Source of the DNA: Nitrospirota bacterium
GTDB taxonomy: Bacteria; Nitrospirota; UBA9217
Assembly: GCA_963796285.1 (NCBI GenBank)
Contig: CAWCKW010000010.1
Location: forward strand, 15,717-79,716
Length of the DNA stretch: 64,000 nt
Reading direction: 5' to 3'
A program made the translations under genes and the position numbers. This document shows, piece after piece, positions 20,915-31,972 of the stretch (its first letter is position 1; every line of letters starts with the position of its first letter). The notes under the pieces were generated by a model that was not told the origin of the DNA, searched no databases, and saw only the letters and a list, made by a program, of their open reading frames with translations.

Positions 20915-21030
20915 ATGTTGAATCTCAAATGTCCACTGTGCGCCTCTGAAGCGGTTTATAAATATGGTCATGTAAAAAACAAAAAAAGCACCTCACATGC
21001 GTATTGCGCTGAAGATAGTTTCTCGGCTTC
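20915..21030 (+). pseudogene. Degraded 5' copy of the zinc-ribbon gene at 25049
   Basis: NLKCPLCASEAVYKYGH versus NLTCPACASEAVYKYGH. Shared DNA tgcgcctctgaagcggtttataaata, then frame decay. Confidence 0.7.
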
Positions 21031-21077
21031 ACCTCAAGGTCAATACCTACTGAAACAGGAAATGAGGAGCGTGCGTT

Positions 21078-21899
21078 ATGATCACTCTGGAGAATATAAG
21101 CGTAACCTACCCCGGCGGGATCAAGGCGCTGCTCCCCACCTCGGTTAGGTTCAAGCAGGGGCAATTCACTGTGCTGCTGGGACCGTCGGGTGCGGGAAAG
21201 TCCACGTTGCTCCGGAGCATCAATTACCTCTGCAGGCCGACGACCGGGATGATATTCGTCGATGGTCTCGGTCCGCTGGCCGATGGCAAGATACTGCGCG
21301 AGTCCCGGCGGCGGACAGGAATGATATTTCAGCATCATCAACTCCTTGGCAGGTTGACTGCCCTCAGCAATGTAATCATCGGTCGTTTGGGCTACCATTC
21401 GACATTGCGCAGCCTCCTGCCCCTTCCGCATTGTGAACTCGTTATCGGTCTGGAAAGCCTCGACCGTGTCGGACTGCTACACAAGGCATTGGAGCGGGCC
21501 GACGCATTGAGCGGCGGCGAACAACAGCGGGTCGGCATAGCGCGGGCGCTTGCCCAACACCCAAAGCTCATCCTCGCCGATGAGCCCGTGGCAAGCCTGG
21601 ACCCCGCAACGTCCGCAATGGTGCTGTCCCTTCTCTATTCGGTATGCGAGCAGGAGAACATTACGGCCATCGTCAGCCTGCACCAGGTGGAACTGGCCCG
21701 GACCTTTGCCGACCGGGTTCTCGGCGTTTCGCGAGGAAAGATCGTGTTCGACGGCGGTCCGGAGGATCTGACGCCGGACGCGCTGTCCGTAATCTACAAC
21801 ACACCAATACCACAGAACGAGAACGCATACTGCGTTGGAGCAGCGGAACGCGCTGCGTCCGATCAGGCGCCGGTCTCAATGGCATTCACTACACTCTAA
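21078..21899 (+). CDS. ptxA: Phosphite ABC transporter ATP-binding protein (PhnC family)
   Basis: [33 protein letters not shown]. First gene of the operon ending in ptxD. Confidence 0.88.
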   Translation: MITLENISVTYPGGIKALLPTSVRFKQGQFTVLLGPSGAGKSTLLRSINYLCRPTTGMIFVDGLGPLADGKILRESRRRTGMIFQHHQLLGRLTALSNVIIGRLGYHSTLRSLLPLPHCELVIGLESLDRVGLLHKALERADALSGGEQQRVGIARALAQHPKLILADEPVASLDPATSAMVLSLLYSVCEQENITAIVSLHQVELARTFADRVLGVSRGKIVFDGGPEDLTPDALSVIYNTPIPQNENAYCVGAAERAASDQAPVSMAFTTL

Positions 21900-22780
<881 letters not shown>

Positions 22781-22781
<1 letters not shown>

Positions 22782-23599
22782 TGGTAATCATGTCGACCAG
22801 CGTCGAACACCAGTTCAGCCAGGTCATCGCGGCTCAGCGGCGGTCCTGGCAACGCACCCTGACGCTCGGCGCGGCAGTCACGGCCGTAATCGTACTTTGC
22901 TCATGGTTCGTCGGGCTTTTTGACGCTCGTCGGCTGATGGAAGGCGTACCCAGCATCTTGGGCCTGATGCGGGAGGGGTTTCCACCGAACTTCAGGGATG
23001 CGGGAACATGGATCAAACCCCTTTTCGATACAGTAGCCATGAGCATCGGCGGCACTGCGCTCGCCGTCCTGCTGTCTTTTCCCCTTGCCCTGTGCGCGGC
23101 GTCCAATACATCGCCGCACCCGCTCGTTTACTCTGCGGCGCGAGGTGTGCTGAACCTGCTCCGTTCCATTCCGGAGTTGATCATGGGCATAGTGTTCGTT
23201 GCCGCGGTCGGCTTCGGCGCTTTGCCCGGCGTCCTCGCGCTGGGGCTGCATTCGATCGGAATGGTCGGCAAATTCTATGCCGAGGCGATCGAGCTCGTCA
23301 ATAAGGAGCCGGTGGAAGCGGTGCGCGCTGCGGGCGCGAGAAAGCTTCAAGTAATCTTCCACGGCATCCTGCCCCAGGTGCTTCCCCAGATGGCCGACGT
23401 ATCCATTTACCGCTGGGAATATAACTTTCGTGCCTCGACCGTCATGGGCATGGTCGGTGCGGGCGGCATCGGCTTCGAGCTGATGGCGTCACTCAGGATC
23501 ATGCAGTACCAGGATGTTTCAGCAATCCTGCTCGTCATCCTGCTGATGGTCACACTCGTAGACCGCCTTGGTTCTGCATTGCGAAGGAAGTTCAAATAA
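22781..23599 (+). CDS. ptxC: Phosphite ABC transporter permease (PhnE family)
   Basis: [28 protein letters not shown]. Confidence 0.88.
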
Positions 23600-23621
23600 T
23601 TTTGAACGGAGAAAAAAGAGC

Positions 23622-24683
23622 ATGAGACCAAAAGTAGTTATCACCGAATGGGTACACCCCGAAGTCATCGAACGTTTACAAAGGGAGTGCGACGTTGTTC
23701 CCAACGATACACGGGATACGCTGTCGCGTGAGGAGCTTTTACATCGCGCTTCGAATGCACAGGCCATCATGGCATTCATGACCGACCGCATTGATAATGA
23801 CTTTCTCTCCTTATGTCCCGAACTGAAGGTTATAAGCGCCGCGCTCAAGGGCTATGACAATTTCGACGTAGATGCCTGCACCAGGAGAGGAATCTGGTTC
23901 ACCATCGTCCCCGACCTTCTCACCATCCCCACAGCAGAACTGGCGATCGGCCTCCTCATTGGCCTCGGCCGTCATGTACTCGAGGGTGACCGTTTCATAA
24001 GGAGCTGCGCGTTCAAGGGCTGGCGGCCGCAACTGTACGGAACGGGCCTCGCGGGCCGGACGCTCGGTATCATCGGGATGGGTGCAGTAGGACAGGCGGT
24101 CGCCCAACGCCTGGCCGGGTTCGGTATGCGCGCTTTGACCTACAATGATCCGGTTCGGCTTCCCCTGGAGACCGAGGAGGCGTTGCGGCTGTCGCCGACG
24201 TCCTTCGAGGAAGTGATGGCGACGAGCGACTTCGTCCTCCCGCTCACACCCCTGACTCCTGCGACCAGGCATCTTATCGGCCGACAGGAGATCGCCATGA
24301 TGATGCGAGGAAGCTATTTGGTGAACGTGTGCCGCGGTTCCGTCGTGGACGAGCAGGCGGTTGCTGAGGCGCTCGCCGACGGCCATTTAGCAGGGTATGC
24401 CGCCGATGCCTTCGAGCTGGAGGACTGGGCTCTCGACGACCGTCCCCGCATAATCGCACCCGCACTCCTTACCGACGACTCTCACACCCTGTTCACTCCG
24501 CATATCGGATCCGCAGTCGACGACGTCCGGCGCGAGATCGCTATGCAAGCAGCACAGAATATACTCCAGGCGATGAACGGTGAAACGCCGGCGGGTGCGT
24601 TGAATGATCCGATGGTGACTACAGGCAAAGGCCTCCCCGGCCTTTACAAGAGCATTGGAGCGGCCTGTTCTCGCTCACGATAG
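23622..24683 (+). CDS. ptxD: NAD-dependent phosphite dehydrogenase
   Basis: [31 protein letters not shown] Rossmann motif, catalytic [21 protein letters not shown]. Confidence 0.93.
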   Translation: MRPKVVITEWVHPEVIERLQRECDVVPNDTRDTLSREELLHRASNAQAIMAFMTDRIDNDFLSLCPELKVISAALKGYDNFDVDACTRRGIWFTIVPDLLTIPTAELAIGLLIGLGRHVLEGDRFIRSCAFKGWRPQLYGTGLAGRTLGIIGMGAVGQAVAQRLAGFGMRALTYNDPVRLPLETEEALRLSPTSFEEVMATSDFVLPLTPLTPATRHLIGRQEIAMMMRGSYLVNVCRGSVVDEQAVAEALADGHLAGYAADAFELEDWALDDRPRIIAPALLTDDSHTLFTPHIGSAVDDVRREIAMQAAQNILQAMNGETPAGALNDPMVTTGKGLPGLYKSIGAACSRSR

Positions 24684-24969
24684 AGCGGCCCGGCGGTGCT
24701 ATCCGTCTGCGCGGTCTTAACAAGGGGTATATGCCTTTCTCTGCATCGAATATCGGCGGCGATTCGGTCGTCGAGGTCCTGCATGAGCTCTTTAGCCCTA
24801 TTTTGGACTCGGTGCCGGATCGCAATGCCTAACTTCGAACATGCAACTCCCGGTGACACTCGGAATGGCGGCCTATTGCTGCTCGGATGATAATGATCGA
24901 TGTCGATGCAGCGGCGTAATCGAAGATCCTTTACGTCCATTGCCGAAGGGAACGGATCATGATAAAAGA

Positions 24970-25013
24970 TTTAACACAATCTTAACATTCCCGTAATACG
25001 GGTGAAATAATGA
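24970..25013 (+). promoter_or_regulatory. Four-unit Pho-box-like array
   Basis: tttaacacaat cttaacattcc cgtaatacggg tgaaataatga, TATAAT at 25019. Confidence 0.72.
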
Positions 25014-25048
25014 GTAGGTATAATCAGTTTAATTAATTTGGATACGTT

Positions 25049-25372
25049 ATGAAGATTATAAAAATGACCAAGAAAACAGACAATCTCACCTGTCCGGCTT
25101 GCGCCTCTGAAGCGGTTTATAAATACGGCCATATCAACAACGGCAAGCAGCGTCTCAGATGCATTTTGTGCGGAAGACAGTTTGTTCTCGGCTTTGCGAG
25201 GCATGAATTGGAGAAGCGTCCAACCTGTCCCCAATGCGGCTTCAAGATGCACCTTTACATGCATGATAAAAAAGCGATTCGATTCAGGTGCTCAGAATAT
25301 CCTGTTTGCAAATCGTATATAAAAATCCCCTTCAAGAAGGAGGTCTCATCTCATGAACTGCTACGTGCATAA
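25049..25372 (+). CDS. Double zinc-ribbon protein (InsA-like N-terminal ribbon plus topoisomerase-type C4 finger)
   Basis: CPAC...KYG...GKQRLRCILCGRQF, then CPQCG...FRCSEYPVC. Confidence 0.7.
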   Translation: MKIIKMTKKTDNLTCPACASEAVYKYGHINNGKQRLRCILCGRQFVLGFARHELEKRPTCPQCGFKMHLYMHDKKAIRFRCSEYPVCKSYIKIPFKKEVSSHELLRA

Positions 25373-25724
25373 TGTGCCGGGAAGACTGCGGATAAAAAGT
25401 TCCTTGTTCAAAAAAAGCTCAGTCCACTATGAGGTTCGAAAAGCCCTCGTGGATATGGGTCATGGTATCGGAACCGCTGAATTCAATCCAACCACAGGCA
25501 GTCTTTTGATTCACTATGATCACAAAGAGGTCTGTCATCAGGACATCCTGCGCACCCTGGAGCATGCCGGCTTCTATCATCCCGACAAAAAGATCACGAA
25601 CGACCAGGTAATCCACCGGGCGACGTCCAAAGCATTCAACGTGGTGGCCAAGGCGGTATCCGGAGCTTTCATTGAAACGGCCCTTCAGGGTTCGGGCTTA
25701 TCATTTCTGGCTTTATTGCTCTAA
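25353..25724 (+). CDS. HMA2-domain protein
   Basis: HNVPGRLRIKS...NPTTGSLLIHYD, aggagg RBS. Confidence 0.75.
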   Translation: MNCYVHNVPGRLRIKSSLFKKSSVHYEVRKALVDMGHGIGTAEFNPTTGSLLIHYDHKEVCHQDILRTLEHAGFYHPDKKITNDQVIHRATSKAFNVVAKAVSGAFIETALQGSGLSFLALLL

Positions 25725-26288
25725 CACAAAGTCCATCTATTCCTTTTCCCAGCATGCACCAGGATCGACGCTGCTCTACTCTCATTTTCACGGAGTTGAG
25801 ACAGGCAGTAAACACGAATGCATCGAATACAAGAACCATACTCATCATGCCATCCTCTCCTCCGTTTCTTATTCGCTGCTACGTATGAATGCACTCCCGT
25901 GGTGTTCAGCCATATCCCGTTAGAAGTCATCCAGCGCGCGCTTGAGCTTTGAGCGATGAGCCTTTTTCAATTCCGGCGGGAGCTTGACGACTTTTATGCC
26001 CCATTCCTCATTTGATTATGCCTGCCTCTGTTAAGCCCTCACACGTACACGAAAAAAGAGAAGGGGCAGCTATTCTTCAAGATCACTTCGTCTGCCTGTC
26101 TTTGGTTATATGCACAGGTTGCCGGGAAAGATGTCGCGGATTTTTGAATCAGTAAGCATTCTATCGAAGCTAGACTTAGTTATATTTCATTACTTGCGCG
26201 TACCGCATCCCGGCATTAGCTTTCCCTTGTGGATTTGCAAGGTCCGATTCATTTACAAGTTCAAAACCGCTATCGGGATCGAGTCTGT

Positions 26289-26549
26289 TCACAACTCCCG
26301 CGAATGGCCCCTCCTGCTTTCTATGTCAGTCGTCGGCGTAGTATCCCGCAGCAGGTCTTTGACGCGCTTTGAGACAAGTGCAGAGAGAAAGTATTTGATC
26401 CGTGCGGTCCGCGAATAGTGCCTCAGCACCATCTGGTAAATGGTCGTAACACGCTCCTTTGGCCGCTTCAGGCTCTGCGCGAGGTTTTCGACCGCGATCT
26501 CGTGATGTCGTGGGCCCGCTTCAATGTCTTGGAGAATGCGTTTGTTCAT
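26289..26549 (-). CDS. DUF3562-like protein
   Basis: HEIAVENLAQSL...ARIKYFLSALVSKRVKDLL, similar to the 14811 ORF. Confidence 0.6.
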   Translation of the reverse strand: MNKRILQDIEAGPRHHEIAVENLAQSLKRPKERVTTIYQMVLRHYSRTARIKYFLSALVSKRVKDLLRDTTPTTDIESRRGHSREL

Positions 26550-26606
26550 GTTGTGTTCCCCCTTCCTCATCCTTGGCTTTTCACCAACAGGCTGCGGGTC
26601 ATAAAA

Positions 26607-27515
26607 TCAGTCCTTTTGGTAGTCCGGAGTGAGCGCATCGTGCGCCACTGTTGTTGCTTCGTGCTGCCGTGTTTCATATCCCTCTAAGTAAATGTCGAAT
26701 AAACCGAATTTCTCCCTCAGCATGTTCTTCATCAGCCTGATGGTTTCACGGCCATTTCCCGATCCGTTCGTCCTGATCCTTGCAACGAGGATCACCTTCT
26801 CCGGTGAAAGACCCCAGATATGCATATCCTTTACATGATGTATTTCAGGGAACGATCGCTGCAGAAAGCTGGAAACTTCGTCGACATCGATCCTGGCAGG
26901 ACTCCCCTCCATCAGGATCTTAACGCTGTCCCTGATCAAGAAAAAGGTCGGATAGGCAGCCAGGCAGCCGATCAGGATGCCGGCAAGGGGGTCCACAACA
27001 TAAAGGTGGGTATATCGTATGATGATGGCGGAACCGATGACACCGACCGAGCCCAGGGTATCGTTCAGGATCAGGAGCAGGGCCCCTTTTATGTTCACGT
27101 CCTTTGAATACCTATACAGTTGAACGAGACCGAAGAGGTTCGCGAAGAGGCCCAGAACGGCAATGACGAGGACTTTATCCGCTTCAATGGGTTGCGGGTG
27201 CAGGATCTTCTGGAAGGCTTCCGTGAAAACATAGAACAGGATGAAGCCAACGAGCATCCCGTTGAACAGGCCGGACAGCACTTTCGCGCGCTCGTACCCG
27301 AAGGTATTGACCTTGTCCGGCTGTCTGCGGGCCAGCCTGGTCACCCAGAGCGCGATGATCTGCCCCGAGATATTGACGGCCATGAACGACGCGTCGGTCA
27401 CGAGGGCGATGCTGTGATAATAGAGCCCCCCGAACAATTCTACGAAGAAATAGGCGATTGTTACGACAAGAACGAGCGTCTGGCCTGTTACGTGCTTTTC
27501 CTCAGTTTCATGCAT
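26607..27515 (-). CDS. Cation diffusion facilitator (CzcD/ZitB-like)
   Basis: SIALVTDASFM, TFGYERAKVL, NDTLGS, DMHIW. Confidence 0.88.
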   Translation of the reverse strand: MHETEEKHVTGQTLVLVVTIAYFFVELFGGLYYHSIALVTDASFMAVNISGQIIALWVTRLARRQPDKVNTFGYERAKVLSGLFNGMLVGFILFYVFTEAFQKILHPQPIEADKVLVIAVLGLFANLFGLVQLYRYSKDVNIKGALLLILNDTLGSVGVIGSAIIIRYTHLYVVDPLAGILIGCLAAYPTFFLIRDSVKILMEGSPARIDVDEVSSFLQRSFPEIHHVKDMHIWGLSPEKVILVARIRTNGSGNGRETIRLMKNMLREKFGLFDIYLEGYETRQHEATTVAHDALTPDYQKD

Positions 27516-27543
27516 GGTTCGCCGGCCCTTCAGTATGCCTGCC

Positions 27544-28743
27544 TCACCCTTTCAGGAGAACCGCCTTGTCAGTCAATTCCCATGGCAGGCCGATATCCAT
27601 TCTTCCTACATGACCGTACGCTGCGAGCTTGCGATAAAAACCGCCCTTGATCTGAGAGGGGAGGTATCGGAGGTTGAACTGGCGTATGATCCCCGCTGTT
27701 CGAAAGTCGAAATTTTTCTCAACGAGATCTGCTATTTTTTGATCAGATTCTTTCCCGGTCCCGAAGGTTTCCACCTGGATGCTCACCGGCCGCGAAAATC
27801 CGATGGAATAACTGAGCTGAACTTCGCAAGAGGTTGCAAGTCCGGCTGCGACGACATTCTTTGCAGCATACCGGGCGGCATAGGCGCCGATCCGGTCGAT
27901 CCTCGAAGGGTCTTTCCCGCTCAAGGCTGCCCCGCTGTGGCGGGAATACTCGCCGTAGGTATCGATTGCGTTCTTTCTCCCGGTCAACCCTGAGTGCATG
28001 GCAGGACCGCCGCCGATGAAGGGACCGTCGGGATTGACGAAGATCCGGGTGTGCACATCCGGTTTGATCTCCTCGTCCTGAAAAACAGGATTCAGCACCA
28101 TCTCCCGAATATCGTCCTGGAGCCGTTTGGCATCGGGCCCGCCTTTGCCGTCGGCCCGTTTCTGGCTTGCAATAATGGTGATGCTGTGAACACGCGACGG
28201 TGTGCCGTCACGGTATTCGATGCCGACCTGGGTCTTGCCGTCGGGCGCAAGATAGTCGAGCGTTTTCTGGAGCCGTACGGAAGTGAGCTTCCGGGCAAGA
28301 CGATGAGCAAGCCAGATCGGAAGTGGCATGAAGGACGCCGTTTGATCACATGCGAAACCGAACACGGTGACCTGGTTCTTGACCGGGACGCGCTCGATCT
28401 CTTCATCGGACATGGCACGCTCATCAACAGGACGACGTTCTTCCTGTGGGAATTCCTTCAAGCTCGTCACAATGCTGCAGGTCTTCGCGTTGAAGGCATG
28501 CTGGTCGTAACCGACCTGGCTTATCACCTGTCGCGCTACATTTGCAAAGTCCATATGAGCAACAGCTGCGAACCTCGCAGCAATAAATACGATCGCCGTG
28601 GAAACGGCGCATTCGGCAATGACCTTCGCATAGGGGTCTTTTTGGAGGTAATGATCGACAACGGCATCGCTGATGATATCGCAGAGCTTGTCAGGATGGC
28701 CTTCGGTCACCGATTCAGAGGTGAACATGAAATCTTTTTTCAT
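27544..28743 (-). CDS. metK: S-adenosylmethionine synthetase paralogue with a divergent active site
   Basis: FTSESVTEGHPDK, DGKTQV, GLTGRK, SGKDP and AAYGH are present, but GAGDQG is replaced by PVKNQV. Confidence 0.85.
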   Translation of the reverse strand: MKKDFMFTSESVTEGHPDKLCDIISDAVVDHYLQKDPYAKVIAECAVSTAIVFIAARFAAVAHMDFANVARQVISQVGYDQHAFNAKTCSIVTSLKEFPQEERRPVDERAMSDEEIERVPVKNQVTVFGFACDQTASFMPLPIWLAHRLARKLTSVRLQKTLDYLAPDGKTQVGIEYRDGTPSRVHSITIIASQKRADGKGGPDAKRLQDDIREMVLNPVFQDEEIKPDVHTRIFVNPDGPFIGGGPAMHSGLTGRKNAIDTYGEYSRHSGAALSGKDPSRIDRIGAYAARYAAKNVVAAGLATSCEVQLSYSIGFSRPVSIQVETFGTGKESDQKIADLVEKNFDFRTAGIIRQFNLRYLPSQIKGGFYRKLAAYGHVGRMDIGLPWELTDKAVLLKG

Positions 28744-28770
28744 TTGACCCTCTCTATGAACTATGCATGC

Positions 28771-31700
28771 TCAAGTAACTGCAAAAACTTGATTGCCGTT
28801 CAATACCGGAACCGGGGCCGTTGAACTGCCATTCAGCACCAACGATGGAGCAGAGATCCTCTTCGTCGCTTCGTTAATGAGCAGGGGAGCGACAGCGGTC
28901 CCGATCGAAATTGCCAGGTCGAGGGGATTCAGCGGGCTCATCCCGAGGAAACTCCGGAGGCCCGGGACGACCAGGGTTAGCGATTGCAATCCCAGCGAGC
29001 CTGTCAGGGCAACGGTGAGATAGTTGTTTGGCGCGAGCCGCGCAGCGTCAAAGATACTGTGGGTCTCGGAACGGTGGCTGATGGCGTGCAGGAGCCCTGC
29101 CGTGACAAAGTTCGTGAAAGCCATCGTGCTGGCTTGGGGCCCCTGCCCGTAGCGCAGGACTCCGTAGCCGTAGGCCGTCAGCGTCCCCGCCGAGATGGTG
29201 GAAGCCTCGAAGAGGAGCCTTTTAAAGTCTGCCGTATTGATGAGCTGTTCCTGGGGATTGCGGGGAGGCCGCAGGAGCACATCCGGCTCGGGCGGTTCCT
29301 GGGCAAGGGCAAGGCCAGGGAAGATGTCCGAGATCATGTTGATCCAGAGAAGCTGCATGACGTTGAACGGTTGTCCCATGCCGGCGGCAAGAGCGGTGAA
29401 CATGATCATGATCTCGCTCGTGTTCTTCGAAAGCATGTACCGGACAGATTTTCGCAAATTGTTGTAGATCGTCCGCCCCTGGCTGATGGCCACGACCATT
29501 GTCTCGAGGTTGTCATCTTCCAGGATCACGTCTGCTACCTCCCGCGCCACGTCAGTCCCCGTGTGTCCCAGAGCGATCCCGATGTCGGCCGCCTTGAGCG
29601 CAGGTCCGTCGTTGATGCCGTCGCCGGTCATGCCAATGACCTTTCCTGCTGCCTGGAGCGCCTGGACGATCTGAAGCTTGTTGGCCGGGCTCACCCGGGC
29701 GAAGACATGGATCCGCCCGGCAAGTGCCGTCATGACCTCGGGTTCAAGCTGTGATAGATTGGTCGAGTCCAGGATCTCCAGTTCCTCGCCCTTGCTCAGA
29801 TTGAGCTCCTTGCCGATGGCATACGCCGTGGGGCTCTGGTCCCCGGTGATCATAACGGTATCGATCCCGGCACGGTGGAACGTGTTGATGAGATTCTTGA
29901 CGCCGCTCCTGACCACATCCGCCATGCCGACGAGTCCGACCCAGACGAGTCCCTGCTGGATGATCTCATCGCTGCGCAGGGTATCTCCGTTGGTCACGGC
30001 ATAGGCTACGGCCAGCACGCGGAGCGCTTCACCGGCCATCCGTTCATTTTCTGCATCGAAGACCGCGCGGGTATCGTTGTCCATCACCAGTTGCCGGCCG
30101 TCCTTGACGTACCATTTGCAGACTGACAGCACATCGGACGGGCTGCCCTTGAGAGCCATAAGCCGCTGCCGGTCATTCGAACTATGCACGGTGCTCATAA
30201 ACTGCCGGTCTTCCGATCGGTAGTTCAGCTTCACGATGGGGTGCTGGGTCCGAAGCGAGTTGACATCCACGCCGGCGCTGAGCGCAAGGTTCACGAGGGC
30301 GTTTTCCGTCGATGAACCCTCGACGAGATAATCTCCTTCCAGTCCCGATACTATCGATTCATTACACAGCACTGACAGATGGAGCAGACGGAGGACGTCC
30401 TCGCTCGTATAGGGATTTATGCTTTTTCCTTCCGCCATGATCCTGCCATTAACAACATCGAGACGGCGCATGCCTGCATGGATCTGGACCACCGACATCT
30501 TGTTCATGGTGATGGTGCCGGTCTTGTCAAGACAGATGGTCTCGACCGAGCCGAGCGTTTCGACGGCGTCAAGGTGACGGATGAGCACATTCAGACCCCG
30601 CATGCGCTTGATGCCGAGCGCGAGGGTCGTCGTCGCAACGGTCGGAAGCCCCTCGGGCACAGCGGCTACAGCAAGGGCAATGGAGGTCTTCAGCATCTGG
30701 AGAAAACCGTAACCACGCAGAATGCCTACGATGAACACGATGCCGCATACAGTGCAGGTGATATACACCAACTGGACCCCCAGGTGGTCCATCTGCCGTT
30801 CCAAGGGCGTGTCGGGCGGCCGCGCTTCTCCCACCATGGTCTGGATCTTCCCGACCTCGGTAAAGCGACCTGTCGCCACCGCGACGGCGCGTCCCTGTCC
30901 TCCCGTAACCAGGGTGCCCATATAGACCATGTTGGTCCGGTCGCCAAGGGGAATGTCCGATACCTTCAGTTCATCGGTGGTTTTTATCGCCGGCATGCTC
31001 TCGCCCGTCAACGCCGACTCATCGATACTCAGATATTTTGCCTCTATGAGACGGGCGTCCGCCGCGACATAGCTTCCCGGTCTTAGCACGAGCAGATCGC
31101 CGGGCACGACCTCTTTGGCATCGATGGTCGTCATGACCCCGCCGCGGATCACGGTTGAGGTCGGCTGCACGAGGTTCTTCAACCCGTGGATGATCTTTTC
31201 CGACTGGCTTTCGGTGACATACCCGATGGAGGAGTTGGTGACGACGACTCCCATGATCACGACAGCATCGGCGAGCCCGCCTGTAGCAACGGAAATGCCG
31301 GCAGCAACGCAGAGGAGAGCTACAGGAAGGGACTTGAACTGATCGAAAAAGATGCTCCAGCCTGAGCGAGGAACGGATTCAGGCAGAATGTTGGGACCAT
31401 ATTGGATGTACAAAAGGCGGGCTGCTTCTTCGGATAAACCGTTTGACGCTGATGTGCCCCATCGCTGCAAGACATCCTTCTTCGCCACACAGTGCCAAGG
31501 TTCTGCCTGCTGGTCCTCTGCATTGGCAACCTGTTTGCGAACAGTCCGCAGGCTCGGCACTTCCTTGCCAGCGGGAGTGTGGGGAGGAGAGACGGCGGTG
31601 CGCACGGGGCGTACCATCACCGTCCCTTTCCCCTGCGGCGTATCAGGGGCACGGCGTTCCTTACCCCCGACCGGGTCTCCGTTGGTACGCTCGACCACGG

Positions 31701-31917
31701 ACTGCAGGAGGGAGGCCACTGCTGATGAATGATTGCCGTTCTGCGAATCGAACAGCACGAGAACGCTTCCCGTGAGGGTGTTAATCGAAACGCTCAGGAT
31801 CCACGTGTGCTGCGCAAGATTCTGCTCGATCTGCTTTTTCAGGGACTCCGAGCGATACAGGCCCTCTACTTTATAACGGGCCCGTCCTTTTACCGATGTA
31901 TGAACGGCCTGGACCAC
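28771..31917 (-). CDS. P2-type (Ca2+-ATPase-like) P-type ATPase with an N-terminal HMA2 domain
   Basis: TGES, PEGL, DKTGT, TGDGIND, LLWINMISD. N-terminus HTSVKGRARY...NTLTGSVLVLF. Confidence 0.92.
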   Translation of the reverse strand: MVQAVHTSVKGRARYKVEGLYRSESLKKQIEQNLAQHTWILSVSINTLTGSVLVLFDSQNGNHSSAVASLLQSVVERTNGDPVGGKERRAPDTPQGKGTVMVRPVRTAVSPPHTPAGKEVPSLRTVRKQVANAEDQQAEPWHCVAKKDVLQRWGTSASNGLSEEAARLLYIQYGPNILPESVPRSGWSIFFDQFKSLPVALLCVAAGISVATGGLADAVVIMGVVVTNSSIGYVTESQSEKIIHGLKNLVQPTSTVIRGGVMTTIDAKEVVPGDLLVLRPGSYVAADARLIEAKYLSIDESALTGESMPAIKTTDELKVSDIPLGDRTNMVYMGTLVTGGQGRAVAVATGRFTEVGKIQTMVGEARPPDTPLERQMDHLGVQLVYITCTVCGIVFIVGILRGYGFLQMLKTSIALAVAAVPEGLPTVATTTLALGIKRMRGLNVLIRHLDAVETLGSVETICLDKTGTITMNKMSVVQIHAGMRRLDVVNGRIMAEGKSINPYTSEDVLRLLHLSVLCNESIVSGLEGDYLVEGSSTENALVNLALSAGVDVNSLRTQHPIVKLNYRSEDRQFMSTVHSSNDRQRLMALKGSPSDVLSVCKWYVKDGRQLVMDNDTRAVFDAENERMAGEALRVLAVAYAVTNGDTLRSDEIIQQGLVWVGLVGMADVVRSGVKNLINTFHRAGIDTVMITGDQSPTAYAIGKELNLSKGEELEILDSTNLSQLEPEVMTALAGRIHVFARVSPANKLQIVQALQAAGKVIGMTGDGINDGPALKAADIGIALGHTGTDVAREVADVILEDDNLETMVVAISQGRTIYNNLRKSVRYMLSKNTSEIMIMFTALAAGMGQPFNVMQLLWINMISDIFPGLALAQEPPEPDVLLRPPRNPQEQLINTADFKRLLFEASTISAGTLTAYGYGVLRYGQGPQASTMAFTNFVTAGLLHAISHRSETHSIFDAARLAPNNYLTVALTGSLGLQSLTLVVPGLRSFLGMSPLNPLDLAISIGTAVAPLLINEATKRISAPSLVLNGSSTAPVPVLNGNQVFAVT

Positions 31918-31972
31918 GGACTATTCCTCCCACAGTGAAATGGAAACCGGTCACAAGCCAGGCGATGACTGA

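Noticed and set aside
25049-25372. Active IS1 element or composite transposon around ptx
   Set aside because: No InsB/DDE ORF, terminal inverted repeats or target duplication were found.
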